DNA of 51,331 nt. It comes from Prorocentrum cordatum. Its lineage: Eukaryota. Every line of letters begins with the position of its first letter. The first letter of the stretch is position 1. The DNA lies in NCBI GenBank assembly GCA_963575745.1, contig CAUYUJ010000048.1:620001-671331 (forward strand), in the 5' to 3' direction. The translations under genes were made by a program, and so were the position numbers. Under the pieces are notes generated by a model. The model had not been told where the DNA came from. It ran no database searches and saw only the letters and a program-made list of their open reading frames with translations. Below, one piece after another: positions 1 to 23,962 of this stretch.

Positions 1-1614
1 CGGCGGCAGGCGGCCCCCCAGGCGCGACGGCCGCCGCCGTGAACGCGGGTTCGGCAGCGGCGGCGGCCTCGAGCGCTGCGGAGCGAGGAGGCGGGGCGAG
101 GGGGCGGCCCTCCTGTGCGGAAGCGCCCCGCGGCAGCGGCGTCGGCGAGCGCTTGCGGCCTGGGCCCGGCCAGCAGCTCAGCAGCCGCTACGCAAGTGGC
201 CGACAGGGGGGCGGCCGCTCGGACCCAGTCGCCACCCGCGACGGGCGACAGCGCGGCCTTCGGTCAGCCGCCGCCGCCTGGAGCCGAGCCTTGGCAGGTC
301 CCACCAGCTGGTGATGGGGCGCGTGGAGGGCGAGGAGGGGGAGTTCCTAGCCTTCACCACGTGCTCCATGTATGCGAGGACGCCCATGGTGCACTGGCGA
401 TGGCTCCGCGCCGAGTGCGCAGTTGCCGCCACCAGCAGAGCCCGCCAAGGATCGAGAGAGCAAGCGCGCCGACCTTGAGCGCGGCCTGCTGCCAGGGTCC
501 AAGCCGAAGAAAGCCTTCGGATCGCTCGCGGTGCCGACGGCCGAGGTGCGGAGCCGCTGGGCAGAGGCTGGGGCTGGAGGCGGGCGGCCACCTCGGCGAG
601 TGCGCGGCCTCGGGCCCCAGCTCGGCTCAGGGCGGCGAGGATGAGCGGCCAGCCAGGCGTCAGAGGACGTGCGCGTCGGCCGCCAGCGGAGGCTTGGACG
701 CCAGCGCAGCCGACGGCGGCCTCGGCGGTTGCTATGCGTGCTCAGCCCAGAATTGCATGAATTCGTCAACACGGGCCGTTGCCCCCGAATAGAGTTAGAA
801 ATACAAGCACCTCCACCGTAATGACCCCACCGCGTGGTGAGTCAGTGGGGATTCGGGGTCACCACACGGTTTTGGGGCCCCGAAGTATCGGCGGCGGCGA
901 GAGAGGATTGAGGACACGGGGACGTGTGGATGTTTTCGAGCAGGGCTTGCCCGGGAGATTTTCTTACGTGTTCGTCCGTTCCTGGAGGTTTTTCAGCCTT
1001 GGGGTGCGTTTCAGAAGCTGTGCCTCGTCGAGAGCTTCCCGGGGATGCCCGAATCGTCCCGACTGGCCGTTGGATGCCCGAGCAGGGACCCGAAAACCAC
1101 CAGGCGCCGAAGATGGGGAGGAGGACCGGGCAGTGAGACACCTCCCCGCAGGGTTTCGCCGTGGGAAGGTGGCAGGACAGGTGTTCACGGCGACAGGCGT
1201 CGTCTCTTACAGCCGTTAGCAGGAGCAGGGGGGTGAGGATTGGGATGTGTGGATGTCACGGCCAGGGTGAAGACCGGGTGTGCGTACAGTGGAGGCCATG
1301 CCGAGAAATGCCTTGCTTGCCCCCAGAGTGCCTTGGGTTTCTTGGGCTTCGACGGTTTTGCAGCGGACAGCGTGACGCTCCAACGCTAACCATCAATGGG
1401 CGCCCCGGGGTCTGAAAGGTTTATTGTGGATTGGCCCTTTCTGTATGTGTAGATATCCTGGCCGGGGCCATGAAGACTGCCAGATCTCTCGGCTATCAAA
1501 CACCCGTCTCTCCATGCATTCCCTGGGCCCTTCTCGTCCGCGCACGCTTTTCTCCATGGTGTACTGGACCCCCCCTCTTGGCTTTCCTTTTCGGTGCCCC
1601 CGAGAGGTGCTGTC

Positions 1615-13710
<12,096 letters not shown>

Positions 13711-13858
13711 GGTCGGATTCCGATTAGTCGGCTGTCGGTGTGAGCAGAGTGCCGCGTCTCATCCTCAACCCCCTCCTCATCCTGAACCTCTCCCTCGTCC
13801 TCCTCATCTTTATGTTCCTCGTCACCCTCATCATCCACAACGTCATCCTCATGCTCAT

Positions 13859-13889
<31 letters not shown>

Positions 13890-14974
13890 ATCATCAACAT
13901 CACCACCATCAACATCATCATCATCATCATCCTTCGTCTCACCCTCAACCTGCTCCTCCCCATCCTCAACCTCCTCACCCTCATCCTCAACCTCCTTCTC
14001 CTCCTCCTCCTCATCCCGCTCCTCCTCATCTTCAGCCTCCTCCTCGTCCTCGTCCTCTGCCTCCTTCTCCTCGCTACTCCTCATCCTCAACCTCCTCATC
14101 ATCTTCAACCGCCTCCTGATCATCATCCTCATGCTCTGCATAATCATCCTCCGCCGTTCCCGATAATCGCCAAGTTGGGTTCGATTGTCATGCTGATATC
14201 TGTGCAGGTTGCTGTACGGATGTGCACACATGGGGACAATCCTTGTGGGTGGGTGATTACTGCTTCGTCTGCAAAACGCAGCGTGGTCACTACATGGTGT
14301 TGCGAGGTTATGGTAGATGCAGCTTGTCTTCGCGGCGCAATTATGTTAGTAAGCGTTCAGAGTTCCAGCTTGCCTGATGGCGGGCATTCGGGTTGTATTT
14401 ACGATGGTTGACGAATCATCTGGGCGAGCTTCAACCATCATCTCCCATCGCACCCTGACCTGTTCACGGGTGTGGACCCGTCGGCCGTCGGTCAAGTTCG
14501 ACATTGAAGTGTTTTGAACACGCGCGAATTCGCACAAGCGTGCAATGATGTTGCCCATATTATGGCACATTCCTTTGCTTGATGCAAAGTTGGACACGCG
14601 GCGCGGTGCGCGAAGTTGGGCGACGTAGTTGTGGGAGTTGGGCGAAGCCGCGGTGAAGATCGGCATGCCCTCTTTGCGCCTGCTGCAGTCTTCCGCGGTG
14701 GAGCTCATCGTACACGCGGGCGCCGGCCAGAACGCTGGTCGATCTTCACACTTGGAAATGCTGTGCTCGGCGTTTTGTGGGACTGCGCTAAACGTTGGCC
14801 GACCTGGCGCCCTGGTGGGGCCCACCTCCTCGCATCGTGGAAATAGTCACGACGAACGCGTTGGTTTCAGGTTTCGGCCTTCGGGGGCCCCTACCGCGCC
14901 CAAGGACCGTCAGAGAGCGACTCAGGATGAGCAGCCGCTCCCGGGGAAGGTGCCCAGACTTCTGGGGGTCCCGA

Positions 14975-15140
14975 GGAGCTGCGCACGAGCTAGGAAGCAC
15001 ACGCCCAGATGCTACCTGGGAGCTGCGCGCGAGCTAGGAAGTGCTGCCTCAAGGAGCTGCCTGGGAGCTGCGCGCGGGCTAGAGAACGCTGCCTATCGGA
15101 GCTGCTTGGGAGCTGCGCGCGAGCCAGGCAGCGCTGCCCC
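14975..15140 (+). repeat. ~45-bp tandem repeat, ~3.5 units
   Basis: GGAGCTGCCTGGGAGCTGCGCGCGAGCTAGGAAG.GCTGCC repeated. Confidence 0.8.
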
Positions 15141-15419
15141 CAGTAGCTTCGCAAGCGCTTCGCCCTGGACAGCATGGGTCGCAAGCGCACACAAGGGCTG
15201 TGCACGAGCTCCGGCAGACGCCTTAAGATGTAGAAAACAAAAAAATCTACGTCGGAGTTCTGGGAGGGGCCGAAGCCCTCGCGTCCCCCGCGCTCGCCTC
15301 TCCGAGCGCCGCCGACGTCGCACGGTTTTTCCCCCGCGCAAGCGGGGGCGGGCGTAGTCCGCTTCCAGCGCTCAGCGGTCTGCCACGTGGCCGTGGGCTG
15401 GCGACGACGCTGCTGTCCA

Positions 15420-15660
15420 CCGGGTGATGCACCACAGGATCCGAAGACGAAAACACTGCATGAGCATAAGCTGTCGCAGCTCCGCGCGGACTTATTCAAT
15501 CTGCGCTGGAACCCCCTGGCGGCTCCTCTGGCGCCGCCCCTGACTCGCTCCGCGCGCCGGGGAGGAGGCCTCAGCACAGATCCAAGAAATTCGCGCGGAC
15601 CTCCAAAAGTTCATGTGTATGCAATTTGTTATTTCTCCAGTCCAGGCGACGCATCACAGG
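15420..15660 (+). mobile_element. Fold-back MITE family C (long TIRs with TCCGCGCGGA core); other copies ~25450-25640, ~26570-26670, ~28560-28760, ~29310-29445, probably inverted at ~11525-11630
   Basis: In the 28.6-kb copy, TCCGCGCGGATTTCT pairs with AGAAATCCGCGCGGA inside >50-bp arms; copies share the GC-rich centre. Confidence 0.75.
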
Positions 15661-15769
15661 ATGGTGTTCTTGGTTGAGCTTGCGTGGCTAGTGGTGATCG
15701 ACCTCGACGTGAGCGCGAACCCCGATGCTCTGCATGACTCCCTCTGTTGCTGTGGCTCCGCCTGTGCAT

Positions 15770-15953
15770 CATCCTCCCGCTCCACATCATCAGAATCACC
15801 ACCATCGTCGTCACCACCATCACCCATTATTATCACCACCATCACCGAAACCTCCACCACCACTCATCACTAACCATCGTCATCATCATCGGCATCATCA
15901 TCATCATCATCAGTATCCTCCTCATCATCCTCATAAGCATAAGCATAGTCATT

Positions 15954-16004
<51 letters not shown>

Positions 16005-16102
16005 GTCATCGTCATCGTCATCGTCATTGTCATCATCAGCATCATCATTGGCATCGTCCGCATCATCAGTATCATCATTATCATCATTATCATCACCATC
16101 AT
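15770..16102 (+). repeat. (CAT)n microsatellite; similar tracts at 13760-14150 (CAT/CCT mixed) and 21965-22285; (GAC)n at 28220-28350
   Basis: Direct reading of the sequence. Confidence 0.95.
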
Positions 16103-16484
16103 CTTCTCCCGTGCAAGATCTGGCCCCTTTTCCTGGCAAGTGCTGCGAGTCGGCGGGCAGGCCCAGGGAGCTTCCCTGGTCGCACGAGTGGTCGCGCCCA
16201 GCGGCGTCGACTACGCGCCGCAAATCACCTGCCTCGTCATCCGCGTGAAGTCGTGCGTGAGCGGAAGGTCTGGTGGTGGAGTCTTCGCATGCAGGATTGT
16301 CGCGACCTGCGCGCTCGTGGCGCAGATCCTCGGCTTGGCGGCCAGTGTCGTCGGAGGCGACCTCTCCGTTCTTCGCCGTGACAAAATCTCATCCAGTATG
16401 TTGTCAGATTCTTACCTGCTGTGCCAACGTGTCGGAGCGCATATATGGTTCGTGCTGCTCCTTCGTCTTCGGGGACTTGGTTCG

Positions 16485-16668
16485 GTATCGTTTAACCAAT
16501 CCCCATCCCCATCCCAATCCCCTTCGAGACCCCCACAAAGCTACCACCCCAGTTGGGGACACACCCCTCGAAACCCCAAGGGAACGACCTATATCCCCAT
16601 CTAGGGGGGTACATCGGCCAGTGGGGCCCAGGCCACGCCACTGGGGATGGGGATCGGTTAAACGATAC
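16485..16668. mobile_element. MITE-like element with 27-bp TIR
   Basis: GTATCGTTTAACCAATCCCCATCCCCA / TGGGGATGGGGATCGGTTAAACGATAC (26 of 27 complementary). Confidence 0.72.
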
Positions 16669-17107
16669 TCAATGGTTTAGCTGGATGTGCCGTTTCCCCC
16701 GGCGGGGACCCTCCCGAGCAGGGCGACTTTCTCGGCGCCGACATCGCGACGGACCTCATCCTGTCGGGTGATGGCGGTGGCATCGTGGCATTTGCTTTCG
16801 AAGCCTGTGGCATTCGTATGCATTCGTGCGAGTGGGCGTCAGGGCGATGACGGTCCTGGGGGCAGGATGTTCTGCCAGCTCCCCGTTGCCGTCACGCGTT
16901 GGCGCGGTCTCCCTTTCGCCTCCCAGAGGAAAGCTTGCCGGGTGATGGCGGACGACCCGCGGGCCCCAGGGCACCCATACGGTCTCGGAGTGCTGCCGTT
17001 CGCCGCGGCCTTCGGGACGGGCATCTCGGAGCGGGGGCCCGTGGCTCGGGATCGGCCGCACTGTGCTTCGTCGGCCTCGTGGTCCGTGGCAAGAGGCCAT
17101 GCTGGTG

Positions 17108-17257
17108 TTAAGTCGGGCACGTCCCTCTACAGGAGGAATATTCAAGAATAGAGAATCCAAAAATAGTCGGGAGACGATGTTTCAACAATTTTCGACTATG
17201 TGGGGGGATTTCTTGACTATGATTTCCCTTTCGTCCAAAATCCGCCGCCCGACCTAA
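17108..17257 (+). mobile_element. MITE family A copy
   Basis: Perfect 8-bp TSD TGCTGGTG. Confidence 0.88.
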
Positions 17258-17259
17258 TG

Positions 17260-20200
17260 CTGGTGGCTTGACCACAGGCGTGCAGGCGCAGGCTAGACCA
17301 GTCCCGCTTCCGCCTCTCGCAGCCGCTGGTCTTGTTGGTTCCGAGGGCACTGCGCCCGCTGCGATTCCACCCGTGCTTGGGCTGGCGGCGGCGCTGACCG
17401 GCGGGGGCTGCCCTGCCGCGGCTGCGCCTGGGGAGCCCGCACCGCCAACCATTTAGACGATGAGGCCCACGGCGGCCGTTGGACCTGAGCTGCTCGCTGC
17501 CACGACCGACCTGCGCGTGAAGCTCGTAGCCATCGGTGCCCGCGGGAAGCGGATGCGAGCATCTTGCCATCGACGGAGGGTTCGACCTGCACGCGGACCG
17601 AGGGCCACTGCTTGGGTGTGCGCTCGCGGGCCTCCCCATATTGCTACTTCTTCGGGCTGGCACTCCTAGTGGATGGAGGAGGGGCGGAGGGCAGAGGTTG
17701 TCCCTCCCACCACCGAGCTCACGCTCTCTTCGTCCCTATCTTGGAGCTTGCCGTGTTCTACAGTCTAGCCTCCGCGGGCGCTCTCCCTCTCTTCGAGAGC
17801 ATGGCTCTCCGCCTCCAGCTTCTGGAAGAGGAGGTCGGGGTACAGGCCTTCCAAGCTGAAGGGCAACGAGAAAAAAGGACAGTGACATGGGTCAGTGGGA
17901 CAGCCTGCTCCTCGAGTGCAGCCTGCTCCTCGACGTGCAGGGGGACAGGGGCATCGTCTGCAGTTGCCCCCTGCTCAGCCAGCGGATCGCAGACCAGTTG
18001 AAGGCCGAGGCTGCGGCGGCCAATGAGCGCAGCTGAGCCCGCGACAGGCAGGCGTTGAGCCCATGGCCCTCGGGGCTTTCCCCCCCAGCGGTCGGCCACC
18101 CATCGTGGGCCAGTGGGGTTCCTGTGCCTGGAGCAGCATGGCATCGCGATGACGATCCCGTCCGACGGCCGTCGGCGCAACATGTTTCACCTTGCTCGGC
18201 TTGCTGTTGGCCCCCGCCGTGAGTTCTGTCGAGCTCGCCGTGCCCGACAGTGCTGTGACCGTGGAGCACCATGGCGAAGTTGTACCGATAGCCTCAACGA
18301 TCTCAGTGGCCAGCGCCGTGGGGGCGGGGAGGTTCGGTCGCCCGGGAGGGTGCCTGTAACCTACCCGAGAGGTTGGTGCTGCAGCGCGCCGTCGATTTTT
18401 GCCAGTTCTTGTTCGTGGCCCTCTGACCTGGCGGTCAACGGCGCCACCCTCGGATGCTGCCCTTGAAGAGCTGTTCCGTCATGCGCCAGGATATCGTGAC
18501 GACGGTTCCCTTGTGAGACCCTATGCCAAGGACTCTGTGTCCTAGCCCATTGCTGGTACGACCCCCTCACCATCGGTCAATTTGCGCAGCGAGGCCGCTA
18601 TGTCTCGGCTAGGGCCATGGAGGATGAGCATGCTAGTCTTCGAGTCCGTGGCAGACGCCAGGTGCAAAGAGCTTGGACTGGCCAAGCCTTACGTCGATCC
18701 CCTTCTCTTCAGGCACCCCGACCATTATGCCGACTTGCTTCGTCGTGTTGACGCCGCTGGGATGTTGAGGTTCCGCCCCCGCAGCGATTGCGAGCAGCCC
18801 TCCGTCGGTGTTTTCTTCGTGACCAAAAATGACGGCAGCATCAGGATGGCGCTTGATACTCGCATCACAAAATTTGCATTCGTGGAGCTGGCTGGCACCA
18901 AATTGCCGACGGGCGCGTCGCGGGCTGGACTGGAGATCAGCAGCGGGGCCAACGGCTACATGGTGGCGGCGGACGCCCAGTGCGCCTTCCATCGCATGGA
19001 GCTGCCCTCGGACTTGGCCCACGCCTTCACCCAGCTGAACATCGTGAATCGGGCTTTGCGGCCTGGCGGCCTCGAGCTGGACGTTGACGTGTTTCCTGAG
19101 ATTCTGGTGCCGCCGATAAGGTGGAATTGGGCCCTGCATGTTTGCCGGGACGCTCTGACCAACATCGCGTGGGACGCGGGCGCGCACGTGCATCGCTTAA
19201 TCTTCGGCGGCGCGCGGCCACCCATGCTTGGGCGCACCGATAATTGGGTGGTAGCTGCCTGCGTCGACAACTTTTGCGTGGCGGCTGGATCAAGCGAGCT
19301 TGCTGACAACGTTGATCAGGGCGACCTCGACTGCTGGCGGGCACCGCCGCCTGCCCGCGCGGACGTCAATGACCCTTCGGGGCTGGAGTTCAACGGGGTG
19401 CGGGGCACCACGAGGGCGCCTTGTGCCCGCCTGGCTCGTCTGCGCCCTGGTGCCCGTTCAGTGCCGCGTCGCGGGAAAATGCCACCTCGTGCACTATCTA
19501 CGTTTGCCGGGCTCACCACATGGGCCATGCTGAGTAGGAGAGAGACCCAACTGTTGTCTGTTACTTGTGCCTCCGTTCGGAGTCGTGCTTCAGAGCCTGC
19601 CGAGATCTGGGGCGGGGCCTTCAGGGGGCCCCAGTGGGTCCAGTCTACGCTGCCACTGTGTGCTACGTCTTGGCGTTTGCCGCGGGCATCCGACGTCGCT
19701 GCGTCGAGTTCCTCCGGGTGCGGCATTGGGGCTTGCCGTCGCGCGCTGCCTCCTCAGTCGTCGCCGATATCGGTCGGCTTGCTGACAAGGTGAGGCATCG
19801 GTTCAACGACGCCACTGTGGCCAGGAAGCATGCCTCTCTCAGATGCCTCCGAGGATCTTGAATGCGAAGCCCCCCCTCATTTGTCATCAAAATATTGCGG
19901 CGGCCCCTTCTGCCGCCTGCAGGTCGCGCGAGCTTCAGAGGTTCTCGCCGGCCCCAGGGGGGCCGACGACTTCGAAGGCGCGCTGTCCGTCGGGTCGGAG
20001 CCCCCCGGGTTCGCCGAGGTCCCCGAGGATATGTCGAAGGAGCCCGACTGGAAGGTGGCCCACCCCAGCAGGGCGCGCACGACGCGGGAAGAACATCTTG
20101 GACCAGAGGGGGGCGCGTTGGACCTCGCCCTCCGCCACTTCTTGCGCGCGGCGCCCTTGCGTGGGCCATCGCCCCCCCCTCTCCGTGGAGACCATGTGGC

Positions 20201-21840
20201 TCTAGCTCTCAGCGCTGGCACGGGGGCGCGGCCGCGCCTCCGACCTCGCCGGGCCGCAGGGCCGCGTCGCCTCGCCTCGTTGCTGCGCGCCGCGGGCTGC
20301 AGGGCCCATGCGCGCCGGGTGCCGTCGGGGCCCAGCCCGTCCGATGCCCCGTCGAGGTCGGGCCTCTTCGCCGCGCCGCCGCGGCCTGGAGCAGATCGGG
20401 TCGGAGGCGGTCTCTCGGGGGAGCGGTCGCGCGAGGCGGCCGTCGCGGGCCATGGCGCTGGCCCGTCGGAGAGTCGGCCCCCAGTTGTCGCCCTCGGAGC
20501 TGACGGCATGGCGCCCGAGCTGCTCGGTTGCTGCGGCGCCCGCGGACGCCTCCGCCAAGCCCATCGCGGCCCTCGCCCGGCGGCTGAGCTCCATTTGCCT
20601 TTTGGATGGGGTTGACGTGGTCGCGCGCGCAGGGGATCGACGCGATCACGACGGGCTTCCTGGCGCGCCTGGCCCCGACGCCTGCGACGCGTCGTCGGCG
20701 AGGGTCGCGATGGCGGCGGTGCGCCATCTGGCGCCGTCGCTCGGCCCTGAAGGTCCTCGCTGCCGAGGGCGCGGACGGCCTTCGAGGGCTGGATGGAGCT
20801 GAAGCCCGCCGGCGCGCACCCGCCAATATCTTAGCAGGCTGTCGCGGCGACGCTTCGGCCACTCAGCGACAAGTTCGCGCTGCCGAGCCCGCTGGGGGTC
20901 AAAGACTGCGCCGAGGGGCGCGCGGGCTTCAGCGCCGCATAGGTCGGGCGGCCTGTCCAGGCGGGCATCACCGACGACCTGCTGGACCAGCAGCTCTGCG
21001 ACCTGCTCGACGGCGCGCGCTAGTTCGGCCAGCTGGTGGTCGTGGACCTCGCGAAGAAGGCGAGAGCGATTGCCCTGAGCCTCCAGCTCCCAGGGCTGGC
21101 GTCCTTGAGGCAGTCGCGGCTTTTCGCGGGCGGGAGACGCCGTCTCTGATGACCAGGTGGGCGGCAATGTTACCTGGCAGGTCTCGACAGCGTTGCGCTG
21201 CGTTCGCGTGCTGCCGCGCCCTGTCTTGATCGGCCTTGGAGCCGCCGCGTGGCCCAGTGCGCGCACGCGGCGATCCCAGGGGGTCCCTGCCATCTACTTT
21301 GCCCCTAAGCGACACCAGGCCTTCGATTGGTCTCGACCCGCGGTGCGCCAGAGGATCATGGGGTGTTTTTTCGTGGTTCGGTGGTCTTGGGCGTCTGGGC
21401 CTCCTCTCCTGCCGTCTCGCCTGGCCCCTCTGCTGCTCTCTCTCGAGGCTTCTGGGGCTTCTTGGCCGTCATGATCCTCGGGCGCCACCGGCTGAAGGTC
21501 CCTGTGATGGCCGAGGCTCCCTCCAGCACCCCGTCAGTCGCCATGGCCTGGTTCAAGCATGCGTTTGCCACCCAGCCCGCTAAATCAAACTTCTGCCCGT
21601 GCGAGGGCGTACATCCCCGTCCGACTCTGGCGTGGTCTTGGGCTGCTATCTGCTCTCGTCTGCCCGCCCCTTGCGCTCGGGCCGCTGCGGGAAATGTTTC
21701 GGCAGTCGATTTCGCGTGCCTGCCGACGGGGTGGGCAATCATGGTATCAGATGCCAACATTTCGACTAAACGCCCACGGGAATTTGTCCAGTGGGGTATG
21801 GGCTGGCTGCTGCTATGTTTTAGGTTAGCCTTGTAAGTCT
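17260..21840 (+). mobile_element. Decayed DIRS-like (tyrosine recombinase) retrotransposon
   Basis: ORF 18582-19793 has RT motifs (VGVFFVTKNDGSIRMALDTR, ADAQCAFHRM, PPIRWNWAL ~ LPMGWSWAL, ACVDNF ~ YVDN). Region 19690-20360 resembles DIRS-type RNase H (ASSSSGCGIG, EHLGPEGGAL..LRH, VPSGPSPSDAPSR ~ WVPSE.NPAD.PSR). Degenerate YR box-II-like GCRGDAS / RARWGSK lies at ~20835-20925. Many frameshifts; the element ends are approximate. Confidence 0.7.
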
Positions 21841-22193
21841 GCCAATGTCGGTCATGGCGTGCACTGTCCTGTTCCGTGGCGCCCACTGTCTGGCGAGATG
21901 TACGCCCTCGTCCCCAGGCAGCAAACATTGTCCCTGACACCAGGAATGGAATACGATGGCAATTAGCATCGGCATCATCAACAACAGCAGCAGCATCAGC
22001 ATCACCATCATCATCATCATCAGCATCATCATCATCATCATCAGCATCATCAGCATCATTATCATCATCATCATCATCATTATCATCCTCGTCCGCATCC
22101 TCATCCTCATCAGCATCACCGTGATCATCATCATCATCATCAGCAGCATCATCATCATTATCATCATCATCCTCATCATCATCATCATCATCG

Positions 22194-22225
<32 letters not shown>

Positions 22226-23498
22226 GCCATCGCCATCGTCATCGTCATCGACATCGTCATCGCCACCAGCATCGCCGTCACCACAATCGCCCCCGCCCCT
22301 CAACCACGTCTTGCCGTGACAGCTGCCGCTGGCCCGAGGGCGCCTCCTGTCCAGGCCCCAAGACCTCCGACGCTGCGATTTGTTTTCCACGGGCGGCCCC
22401 GCAGGTCCCGACCAGCTGGCTGGGGGCCGTCCCGGATCCATGCTTAATCGTCCCGGGGACCCGTAGATCGGGGGGCGGCCAAGAGGGGGGTTGATGACTA
22501 GAGGGGAGGTTGGGCATCATGGCGTGGGCCATGATATCTCCCCAGATTTCATGGCGCTTCTCCTTATTCAATACAGGCCTCGGAACAAAAAAAAACGAAC
22601 ACTCATGTCACATTCATCTGTCGACGCCTCCCCCTCCCCCCAATGTTCAAAGTTGACGGTGGGTCTGATGAGCTGCGCCTCGACCGCAGTCTCCCCCGCG
22701 CGTGCCAATTTCGAGTTTGGGGGGAGGGGGAGTGTTCAGTAATTGTCTCCCTTCACCGTACGTCCTTGGCCCCCCCCCCCCTGGGCCGCGCACGGGCCGC
22801 CGCCGCGCACCTGCCCCCCCCCCTTGTGCCGCACGTGAAGGAGCCGCACAGTCGGAGGTCTCGGCCGCCCTTCCGCCCGCCGCGCCGCCCACCGCCAGCG
22901 CACCGCGCCGCACCGCGCCGCCCAGCCGGCTGCGCGCAGGAGTGCGGCCCCTCGCCGGAGCGACCTCCGGGTGCGGGCCCACGGGGTCCTCAGGGGCAGC
23001 TGGCGAGGGGGGCGTGCACAGGCCGGGGCGCACGACCCCCGGTCGCTCGCGGGCCGCCGAGTGGGGCCCGACGGCCTCAGCCTGCCCGGGAGAGTGCGAA
23101 CTCACCGTCGGGGTCCTGTCGCCGATCTCTCGGCGACGTGTCGCCGATGCCAGGTCGATGTGCCCCCCCCTGTGCCAGTCCTCCCTGGCGTCAGGAGGGA
23201 ACAAAAACACACAGACACAAGCTGTCGTCGATCCCCCAGGAAACCAGGAGGAAATATGAGAAGAGGGGGGGGGGCGACGAACACCCAGAAAATAGGGGAA
23301 AGTATGGGGCATCCTGTCATCTGTGCCTATCTATGTGTGTGTTCTTGGGCCCCTTGACCTATGCCAGTCCCCCTCTGGTGTTGCCCCCAAGCTTCCCCCG
23401 GCACTTGCCCAAGGATCCTTTTTTCCGCTCGGCTTCGGCCTCCCCCGTGGCCTCCGAAGGTCGCGCACCGGAGGTCGGTCGGCCTTCGTGGCGCAACT

Positions 23499-23731
23499 CT
23501 GAGTCCGGCACGTCCTTCTACAGGAAGAATATACAAGAATAGTCAAAATATACTCAAAGTATTCAAAAATATGAGCATTCACAGAATATGCAAAACACAA
23601 AGTAGCAATACATATGGAACATTAGTCTGGGGACGATCTTTTTTTATATGTTCGTGCATGCGTTGAACATTTGTTCACTATTTTTTTTGTTCCGTCCAAC
23701 GTCTGCCTGTAGGGGGACATGCCCGACCTAA
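23499..23731 (+). mobile_element. MITE family A copy just upstream of Sec61 beta
   Basis: TIRs; flanks GCGCAACT/GCACAACT. Confidence 0.85.
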
Positions 23732-23891
23732 GCACAACTCGGGTCTCCAGCGGCCGCTCGGGACAATTCGAGCACACTGGGAACGCTCTCGGCGAGGCGC
23801 AGTTGCTGCAACGTTCGAAGACACTGGGGCCGAGGCTGGCCCCCCCTGGAGGCCGCTCCTGCCGGGGGCCACTCTTGCGCGTGGCCAGCTC

Positions 23892-23962
23892 ATGACAGAG
23901 GGGGCGAGCTCTGGCGCAGCGCCCGCCGGCCGTCAGGCCGCCGGCACCGTGGGCGGCGCCAG
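23892..23962 (+). CDS. SEC61B: Sec61 beta exon 1
   Basis: ATG at 23892, MTEGASSGAAPAGRQAAGTVGGA+AG, GA donor at 23963; in frame with exon 2. Confidence 0.75.

Noticed and set aside
14200..14860. Possible copia-like integrase remnant on the minus strand
   Set aside because: No convincing DDE or GKGY-type motifs could be read.
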